Part shown: in pieces, positions 57,469 to 64,000 of the stretch
How the letters are laid out: each line of letters begins with the position of its first letter
Numbering within the stretch: the stretch's first letter is position 1
Assembly: GCA_963666565.1 (NCBI GenBank)
Contig: OY762911.1
Span: forward strand, 960,001-1,024,000
DNA from: Thermoanaerobaculia bacterium
Lineage (GTDB): Bacteria; Acidobacteriota; Thermoanaerobaculia; Multivoradales; Multivoraceae
DNA length: 64,000 bases
Direction of reading: 5' to 3'
Made by a program: the position numbers and the translations under genes
Notes under the pieces: model-generated
The model's input: only the letters and a program-made list of their open reading frames with translations
Told to the model about the DNA's origin: nothing
Databases searched by the model: none

Positions 57469-58613
57469 TCCTCTTTGCGGCCGCGGCGCTCTTGACCTTC
57501 GCCTGCGCCGCGCCCCCCTCCCCCGACACCACGTTGACCGAAACCCAGCAGCTCTTCCAGGCGCGCCTCGACGAACTCCGCGCCGACCTCGGCTTCATCG
57601 GCGCCACCGCCGCCTTCGTCCTCCCGGACGGCAGCGAAGGCGTCGCCGCGACCGGCTACGCCGACCCGGACAACGACCTGCCGATGGATCCTGCGCACCG
57701 CATGCCGGCCGGCAGCATCGGCAAGACGATCGCCGCCGCCACCGCGCTCAGCATGGTCAACGAGGGCCTGCTCGGCCTCGACGACTTGGCCTCCCGCTGG
57801 CTCGGCGACGAACCGTGGTGGACCCGCCTCCCCAACCACGAGACGATGACCCTCCGCCACCTGCTCAGCCACTCGAGCGGACTGACCGATCACGTCTACG
57901 ACGAAGCCTGGCGCCGCGAGGCCCGGTCCCGCCGCGGCCCTGCCGGCGACCCCGACGCCTGGTTCGAGCCGCGGGATCTCGTCCAGTACGTCCTCGACAG
58001 GGCGCCCCTGTTCCCGGCCGGCGAAGGCTACGCCTACACCGACACCGGCTACCTCGTCGCGGGGCTCATCATGGAGGCGGCGTCCGGCGGCGCGTACTAC
58101 GACGAGGCCAGGCACCGCGTCCTCGACCGCCACGACCTCCCCCGCACGGTGGAGCAGATCGGCCGCACATTTCCCGATCTCGCCCCCGGCCACGTCGGCG
58201 AGGACAACCCGTTCTCGCTTCCCGCCAAGACCGCCGAGGGCGACGTGATGGCCTTCAGTCCGCAGACCGAGTGGACCGGCGGCGGCTACGTCTCCAACTC
58301 ACGCGACCTGGCCCGCTGGGCGAAGATTCTCTACGAGGAGCGTGCCCTCGACGGACCGTACCTGGAGGAGATGCTGAACTCCGGCTACCGCGGCGAAGAC
58401 GCCGGCGCCACTTATGGCCTCGGCGTCTACCGTGCCGGGTCGCCCCACGGCGAACTCATCGGCCACGGCGGCTGGTTCCCCGGCTGGCGCTCGACGATGT
58501 ACTACCACCGGGACTCCGGCATCGCCGTCGCTGTCCAGTTCAACCAGAACGACCTCGACTTCCGCAACCAGGTCCGCGACGTACTGTTCGCCGTCCTCCT
58601 CGGACGGCACTAA
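57333..58613 (+). CDS. Serine hydrolase, beta-lactamase-related lipoprotein; start lies in the REP
   Basis: GSIGK, LLSHSSG, YAYTDTGY, GHGG; TFAC lipobox; start uncertain. Confidence 0.85.
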   Translation: MRGSAIRAPDDGRTDWDAGGAGARHQGADPLPPKAGIRPRRPSGRLLFAAAALLTFACAAPPSPDTTLTETQQLFQARLDELRADLGFIGATAAFVLPDGSEGVAATGYADPDNDLPMDPAHRMPAGSIGKTIAAATALSMVNEGLLGLDDLASRWLGDEPWWTRLPNHETMTLRHLLSHSSGLTDHVYDEAWRREARSRRGPAGDPDAWFEPRDLVQYVLDRAPLFPAGEGYAYTDTGYLVAGLIMEAASGGAYYDEARHRVLDRHDLPRTVEQIGRTFPDLAPGHVGEDNPFSLPAKTAEGDVMAFSPQTEWTGGGYVSNSRDLARWAKILYEERALDGPYLEEMLNSGYRGEDAGATYGLGVYRAGSPHGELIGHGGWFPGWRSTMYYHRDSGIAVAVQFNQNDLDFRNQVRDVLFAVLLGRH

Positions 58614-58779
58614 CTGGGTGCGGGGGTCGATGCGCGGGTCGGTGCGCGGGTCTTCCGACCCGCTGCGGGCGGAGCCGCGGAGCGGCGCAGCCCGAACGAA
58701 GTAGCCGCCGGCCGGCGGCCGGCGACGATACTGTCCGCCGCCTACGGCGGCAGCGGGTCAGAAGACCCGCGCACCCAGT
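58614..58779. repeat. REPIN-like doublet with stuttered head, overlapping the aminotransferase 3' end
   Basis: Cores at ~58641 (+) and ~58753 (-). Confidence 0.9.
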
Positions 58780-60136
58780 GGGCGGCGTCGTCGGCGGCTT
58801 CGAGAAAGCGGTCGATCTCCGCGTCGCCCATCGGGGTCGAGAGCGCGCCGAAGAGGCCCCGGGCGCCCATCAGCATGCCCCGGTTCAGCATCTCCAGGGC
58901 GATCTTCTGGATCCGCGGCGCGGCGGAACGGGCGGCGAATACGGCGCGGAAGTCCTTCGGCGGCTCGTTCCCCGGCACGACGGCGAAGAGCGAGCCGCGG
59001 CCGGTCGCGACCGCCTCGATGCCGTGCCGCCGGAGCACCTGCTGGAGTCCGTCGCGCACCCGGTCGCCGAGCCGGTCGAGCTCGTCGAAGACGTCCGGCG
59101 TCAGCCGCTTCATCGTCTCGTAGCCGGCGACCATCGTCACCGGATTGCCGTTGTAGGTGCCGCCGTGGTGGACGAGTTCGCCGTCGCGGTGGTCGAAGAC
59201 CTTCATCACGTCCGCCTTGCCGGCCACCGCGCCGACGGGGAAGCCGCCGCCGATGATCTTGCCGAGCGAGACGAGGTCCGGTTCGATTCCGAAGCGGTGG
59301 CAGGCGCCGCGATAGTCGATACGGAACGAGAGCACCTCGTCCGCGATCAGGAGAGCGCCGCATTCGCGCGTCTTCGCCCGGATCGCCGCCACGAAGTCGG
59401 CCCTCGGCGGGATCAGTCCGAGCGCCGCGGGCAGCGGATCCAGCAGCACGGCGGCCAGGTCGTCGCCGTGCTCGTCGATCAGGGCGCCGCAGACCTCGAT
59501 GTCGTTGAGCGGCAGCGTGACGACTTCCGTCTCCAGGCTCTTCGCCATGCTCGGTTCGAGCGTCGTCGCCGGCCGTTCCGACTCGCCCCAGTTCTTCGGC
59601 CGCGAACTGTCGGAAGCCTGCGCGTAGTCGTAGATGCCGTGGTAGCAGCCCTCGAACTTCGCGATCTTGCCGCGGCCCGTGGCGGCGCGCGCGGCCCGGA
59701 TCGCCAGCAGCACGCCTTCGCTGCCGGAGTTCGCGAACCGCACCTGGTCGATGTACGGGATGCGCTCCACCAGCAGCTCGGCGAGGCGGATGTCGGTCTC
59801 GGTCGGCAGCGAGAACGCCGTGCCGCTCCCGATCGTCCGGGCGACCGCCTCCGTCACCCCGGGGTGCGAGTGCCCGAGGATCAGCGAGGTGTAGTTGTTG
59901 ACGAAGTCGATCCGCTCCTGGCCTTCGACGTCCGTGACGATGCAGCCTCGCCCCGAGGCCGCGTAGATCGGGTACGGGTCCATCACCAGCGTGTGGCGGC
60001 TGTTGCCGCCGGGCATGACGTCGAGGGCGCGCTCGTAGAGCGAACGCGAGGCCGACTGCTCGCCGAGGTAGCGATCCGTGGAGCGGGGTTCGGCCGCGGC
60101 GGCGGGCCGGGTTTGCCGGTCCGTGATGTCGTTCAC
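58742..60136 (-). CDS. Class III aminotransferase (GSA aminomutase-like)
   Basis: NSGSE, KFEGCYHG, LIADEV, SLGKIIGGGFP, GGTYNGNP. Confidence 0.92.
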   Translation of the reverse strand: MNDITDRQTRPAAAAEPRSTDRYLGEQSASRSLYERALDVMPGGNSRHTLVMDPYPIYAASGRGCIVTDVEGQERIDFVNNYTSLILGHSHPGVTEAVARTIGSGTAFSLPTETDIRLAELLVERIPYIDQVRFANSGSEGVLLAIRAARAATGRGKIAKFEGCYHGIYDYAQASDSSRPKNWGESERPATTLEPSMAKSLETEVVTLPLNDIEVCGALIDEHGDDLAAVLLDPLPAALGLIPPRADFVAAIRAKTRECGALLIADEVLSFRIDYRGACHRFGIEPDLVSLGKIIGGGFPVGAVAGKADVMKVFDHRDGELVHHGGTYNGNPVTMVAGYETMKRLTPDVFDELDRLGDRVRDGLQQVLRRHGIEAVATGRGSLFAVVPGNEPPKDFRAVFAARSAAPRIQKIALEMLNRGMLMGARGLFGALSTPMGDAEIDRFLEAADDAAHWVRGSSDPLPP

Positions 60137-60231
60137 CCTACTCCCTCTCCCGTTGCGGTCGGCACCGAGTCGAATGCGGGGAGCGTACAGCAGGCGCCGG
60201 CGGGCGGGCCGCTTCGCTATTGTGCTGAGCC

Positions 60232-62154
60232 GTGCATGGAGCCTGTTCCGCCTCGACCGGCTCACGGACCCGCGCGGCCGCCGCGGGTCCGGTCGCGACG
60301 GCGCTGGCGATCCTCGGGGTACTGGGCTGCCTGAGCACGGCCGCCGTGCTCCCGGCCCAGGAAGGTCCGACGCACGCCATCGCCTACTTCGGCGAGCCGC
60401 GGTACGCGGCGGACATCCCGCACTTCCCCTACGTCAACCCGGACGCGCCGAAGGGCGGTGAGATGCGTACCTGGCTGCCGGGCACCTTCAACAACGTCCA
60501 TCCCTACGCGGACATGGGGCGTACGCCGAGCTGGGCCAACTGGCGGGTCACGGTGATCACCTCCGATCGCCTGATGATGGGGTCGGAGGACGAGCTCTCG
60601 ACGCTCTACTGCCTGCTCTGCGAGACGGTCGAGGTCGCCGCGGACTACAGTTGGGTGGCTTACGCGCTGCGATCCGAGGCGCGGTGGCACGACGGCGTGC
60701 CGGTCACCGTCGATGACGTCGTCTGGACGTTCGAGACCCTGAAGACAGACGGCCCGGTCAGCTTCAAGGCGGCCTGGCGGCACGTCGAGGGCATCGAGCG
60801 TCTCGGGGAGCGCTCCTTCCGCTTCCTGCTCGGCGCCGAGGGAAGAAGCCGCAGGGCGGTGATGGAGGCGTCCGCCTTCCTGCCGATGGCGAAGCACTAC
60901 TGGCGGGACCGCGACTTCACGGCGACCAGCCTGGAGGGGCCGCTCGGCAACGGCGCCTACCGCGTCAAGGAAGTCGACCCCGGCCGGCGCCTGGTCTTCG
61001 AGCGCGTTCCGGACTACTGGGCGAAGGACCTCAACTTCAGGCGCGGCTACCACAACTTCGACCGCATCTCCGTCCTCTACTTCCGGGACATGAAGGCCGG
61101 CATCCAGGCCCTCAAGGCCCGCGTCGTCGACTACTTTCGCGACCAGGACGAGCGTGAGGTCGCCACCGCCTACGACTTCCCCGAGGTGGGCATGGGGCTC
61201 TTCAACAAGGAGACCTACCGGATGCGGATGACCTACGGGATGCACTGGTCGGTCGTCTTCAACACCCGCCGCCCGCCCTTCGAGGACATCCGCGTCCGCG
61301 AGGCGCTGACTCTGGCCTACAACTTCGACTGGGGCAACCGCGCCCTCCAGTACGGCGCGCTGCGGCGGAACACGACGTTCTTCCTGGGCTCGGAGATGGC
61401 GGCGCGCGGCCTGCCGTCGGCCGCGGAACTGGCGCTGCTCGAGCCGTTGCGGGAGCACGTCCCCGACCGCGTCTTCACGCACGAGTTCGCCCTTCCCGAA
61501 ACCGACGGCTACGGCCGCAACCGGGAGGCGCTGCTGCGGGCGGGAGAGCTGCTCGACGAGGCCGGCTGGGTCCTCCGCGACATGAGGCGCGTCGACGAGG
61601 CGACCGGCGAACCGCTGCGGTTCGAGATCATGGTCATGCTCAGGGAACACGAACGGATGATGGTCCCCTTCGTCGAGAACCTGACGCGCCTCGGCATCGA
61701 AGCGACCGTCCGCCGGATGGAGTCGAACATCTTCACGAACCGGGCGCGCCAGTACGACTTCGACATGACGATGCAGAAGATTTACACCCACCCCATCCCG
61801 GCGCCGGGCGGCATGCGCAGCTACCTGCACTCCCGGAGCGTCGCCCCACCGAACCTGTTGAACTACGCGGGCATCGGGAACCCGGCGGTCGACGTCCTGG
61901 TGGAGAAGGTGATCGCGGCCGAGACGGAAGAGGAGATGAACGTCGCCGGCCGGGCGCTCGACCGGGTGCTTCTGTGGAGCTTCCACGTCATTCCCGAGGG
62001 CGCCCCCAAGGGCCGCCATCTCCTGTATTGGGATCGCTTCGGCCATCCGCCCCTGGGGCACGAGCACCTGAACTGGACCGGCTTCCCGCAGCTCTGGTGG
62101 TTCGACGCGGAGAAGAGCGCCCGGGTCGACGCCGCTTTGGGCGAGAGCAGGTAG
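60232..62154 (+). CDS. yejA: YejA-like peptide ABC substrate-binding protein
   Basis: YVNPDAPKGG, ARWHDG.PVT, DYWAKDL, FNTRR..F.D.RVREAL. Confidence 0.88.
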   Translation: MHGACSASTGSRTRAAAAGPVATALAILGVLGCLSTAAVLPAQEGPTHAIAYFGEPRYAADIPHFPYVNPDAPKGGEMRTWLPGTFNNVHPYADMGRTPSWANWRVTVITSDRLMMGSEDELSTLYCLLCETVEVAADYSWVAYALRSEARWHDGVPVTVDDVVWTFETLKTDGPVSFKAAWRHVEGIERLGERSFRFLLGAEGRSRRAVMEASAFLPMAKHYWRDRDFTATSLEGPLGNGAYRVKEVDPGRRLVFERVPDYWAKDLNFRRGYHNFDRISVLYFRDMKAGIQALKARVVDYFRDQDEREVATAYDFPEVGMGLFNKETYRMRMTYGMHWSVVFNTRRPPFEDIRVREALTLAYNFDWGNRALQYGALRRNTTFFLGSEMAARGLPSAAELALLEPLREHVPDRVFTHEFALPETDGYGRNREALLRAGELLDEAGWVLRDMRRVDEATGEPLRFEIMVMLREHERMMVPFVENLTRLGIEATVRRMESNIFTNRARQYDFDMTMQKIYTHPIPAPGGMRSYLHSRSVAPPNLLNYAGIGNPAVDVLVEKVIAAETEEEMNVAGRALDRVLLWSFHVIPEGAPKGRHLLYWDRFGHPPLGHEHLNWTGFPQLWWFDAEKSARVDAALGESR

Positions 62155-62182
62155 TGGCTGTCCTGCGAACCCGGCGCCTGTC

Positions 62183-62321
62183 GGTGCGCGGGTCTGCCAT
62201 CCGCGCGCCCGATGACGGGCGCGCGAACTGGGACGCTGGCGGCGCTGGGACGCGCCGCCAGGGTGCTGACCCGCTGCCGCCGAAGGCGGCTGGAAAGACG
62301 CGCCGGCCGGAGGCCGGCGAC
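62183..62321 (+). repeat. REP-like subtype A with a 73-nt module in the loop
   Basis: Stem arms at 62188-62194 and 62268-62274. Confidence 0.88.
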
Positions 62322-62328
62322 CTTTAGA

Positions 62329-63405
62329 GTGCTCCTCTACGTCCTGCGCCGGATCCTCCTCATGGTGCCGACCCTGGTCGGCGTGCTGCTGATCAACTTC
62401 GTCATCATCCAGGCGGCGCCCGGCGGCCCGGTCGACCAGGCGATCGCCCGGCTTCAGGGGACCGGCCTCGACGCGGGAGTCGGGCTGCTCGGCGGCGGTG
62501 CGGCCGACGCGACATTCGAGGCCGAACTCTCCGCCACCGGCGGCATCGACCCGGCGCTCATCGAGGAGCTCGAGCGGCAGTTCGGCTTCGACAAGCCGGC
62601 GCACGTCCGGTTCGGTCTCATGCTGCGCGACTACCTGCGCTTCGACCTGGGCGAGAGCTTCTACCAGGACGTGCCGGTCATCGACCTCGTCCTCGACCGG
62701 CTGCCGGTGTCGATGTCGCTGGGGCTGTGGACGCTGCTCATCGTCTACTCGGTTTCGATCCCGCTCGGCATCCGCAAGGCGACGGCCGACGGTTCTCCCT
62801 TCGACGTGTGGACCAGCGTCGTGATCCTCGTCGGCTACGCGATCCCCGGCTTCATCCTCGCCGTGCTGTTGATCGTGCTGTTCGCGCGCGGCGGGATGAT
62901 CGAGTACTTCCCGCTGCGCGGCCTGGTGTCCGACGACTTTGCCGACCTCGGGACGTGGGCCCAGGTCAAGGACTACTTCTGGCACCTGGTGCTGCCGATC
63001 ACGGCCCTGGTCGCCGGCAGCTTCGCGACGCTGACGACGCTGACGAAGAACTCGTTCCTCGACGAGATCAACAAGCAGTACGTGCTGACGGCCAAGGCCA
63101 AGGGTCTGAAGACGCGGCGCGTGCTCTACGGCCACGTGTTCCGCAACGCGATGCTGATCGTGATCGCCGGGTTCCCGCGGGCTCTCGTCGGCGCGCTGTT
63201 CACGGGCGTGCTGCTGGCGGAGATCATCTTCTCGCTGGACGGGCTGGGGCTGCTCGGCTTCGAGGCGATCGTCACCCGGGACTACCCGATCATCTTCGGA
63301 ACGCTGTACATCTCGACGCTGCTGGCGCTGGTGCTGCAGCTTCTGACCGACATCACCTACACGCTGACCGATCCGCGGATCGACTTCGAGACTCGCGACG
63401 TATGA
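62329..63405 (+). CDS. yejB: YejB-like ABC permease
   Basis: YVLRRILLMVPTL, APGGPV, FGFDKP, LTKNSFLDEINKQYV, DPRIDFE. Confidence 0.92.
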   Translation: MLLYVLRRILLMVPTLVGVLLINFVIIQAAPGGPVDQAIARLQGTGLDAGVGLLGGGAADATFEAELSATGGIDPALIEELERQFGFDKPAHVRFGLMLRDYLRFDLGESFYQDVPVIDLVLDRLPVSMSLGLWTLLIVYSVSIPLGIRKATADGSPFDVWTSVVILVGYAIPGFILAVLLIVLFARGGMIEYFPLRGLVSDDFADLGTWAQVKDYFWHLVLPITALVAGSFATLTTLTKNSFLDEINKQYVLTAKAKGLKTRRVLYGHVFRNAMLIVIAGFPRALVGALFTGVLLAEIIFSLDGLGLLGFEAIVTRDYPIIFGTLYISTLLALVLQLLTDITYTLTDPRIDFETRDV

Positions 63406-63427
63406 GCAGTTCGGAACCCCGTGGCGC

Positions 63428-63546
63428 GGAAGCCGGCGCTTTGCGCCGGATGCCGGCGGGAACCCGGGTGGCGCGATCCGCGCCACCCGCGAACCAGTCC
63501 GTGCGCCCGCCATCGGGCGCACGGATGGCACCCCGGCGCACCCAGT
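63428..63546 (-). repeat. REP-like subtype B with a 72-nt module in the loop
   Basis: Same TGCCATCCGTGCGCCCG... module as at 57344 and 62195. Confidence 0.85.
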
Positions 63547-64000
63547 GAGCAGCCTCGGGCGCAGGAGATGGGCCGCCTTCAAGGCGAACCGCCGCGGCTG
63601 GTGGTCCTTGCGGATCTTCCTCGTCGTCTTCGGCGCCAGCCTCTTCGCCGAGGTGCTCGCCAACGACAAGCCGCTCGTCGTCCGCCACGAGGGCCGGTTC
63701 TACCTGCCGATCGTCGCGGCGTACGCGGAGACCGAGTTCGGCGGCGTGTTCGAGACGGAGGCGGACTACCGCGAGGAGTACGTCAAGGAGCTCGTACGGG
63801 ACGGCGGCGGCTGGATGATCTGGCCGCCGATCCCCTACGCGCACGACACGATCGACTACGAACTGCCTGGTCCGGCCCCCTACCCGCCGTCGCGCCGGCA
63901 CTGGCTGGGCACCGACGACGTCGGCAAGGACGTCCTCGCGGGCCTCATCTACGGCATCCGGCTGTCCTTCCTGTTCGGACTCGTGCTCACGGCCCTGAGC
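63545..64000 (+). CDS. yejE: YejE-like ABC permease, partial
   Basis: RRWAAFKANRRGWWSL...AEVLANDKPL...ETEFGG.FETEADYR...HWLGTDD.GKDVLA. Confidence 0.9.
   Translation, partial: MSSLGRRRWAAFKANRRGWWSLRIFLVVFGASLFAEVLANDKPLVVRHEGRFYLPIVAAYAETEFGGVFETEADYREEYVKELVRDGGGWMIWPPIPYAHDTIDYELPGPAPYPPSRRHWLGTDDVGKDVLAGLIYGIRLSFLFGLVLTALS

Noticed and set aside
56084-58613. True beta-lactamases
   Set aside because: SxxK/Y/HxG motifs define the broad serine hydrolase family and do not establish beta-lactam activity.
579-63546. Recurrent 24-bp palindromic repeat as a CRISPR array
   Set aside because: Copies are dispersed, in both orientations, without regular unique spacers; no cas genes seen.
383-63669. 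Many long Arg/Pro/Ala-rich ORFs (e.g. 41257-44952, 60262-63669, 52718-55729, 15834-18809)
   Set aside because: Shadow frames of real genes in high-GC DNA; no family motifs.
1-64000. A RAYT/IS200-type HUH transposase to explain the REPs
   Set aside because: No ORF with a convincing Y1 HUH pattern was found; the only transposase seen is the IS1380 DDE enzyme.

Overview
Very GC-rich bacterial chromosomal window, probably Acidobacteriota (inferred from an acidobacterial-type VWA protein, a PQQ-like propeller and the secreted hypothetical families). It holds about 50 real genes, mostly catabolic or secreted hydrolases and oxygenases, plus a heavy-metal RND efflux operon, a hicBA pair, an ABC-ATPase/Toprim-like gene pair, a complete IS1380 with CTAG target duplication, a rare-ketose operon, a TonB receptor/PEP-utilising enzyme cluster and the start of a yejABE operon. 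The dominant unexplained structure is a REP/REPIN-like repeat family with about 32 hairpin cores counted by eye (GGGTGC head + 7-bp stem + 4-nt loop). It has three covarying stem subtypes, satellite hairpins, stuttered ends and a ~73-nt module nested in the loop of three copies. Several copies are read in frame as protein ends or as short ORFs bridging operon genes. A second signal is a three-copy palindromic operator linking a TetR gene to the TonB receptor and to a cytochrome c/SDR/RPH-like operon. Two tracts consist of stitched gene fragments. I found no rRNA, tRNA, CRISPR array or RAYT transposase. All family assignments come from motif recognition, not database searches.
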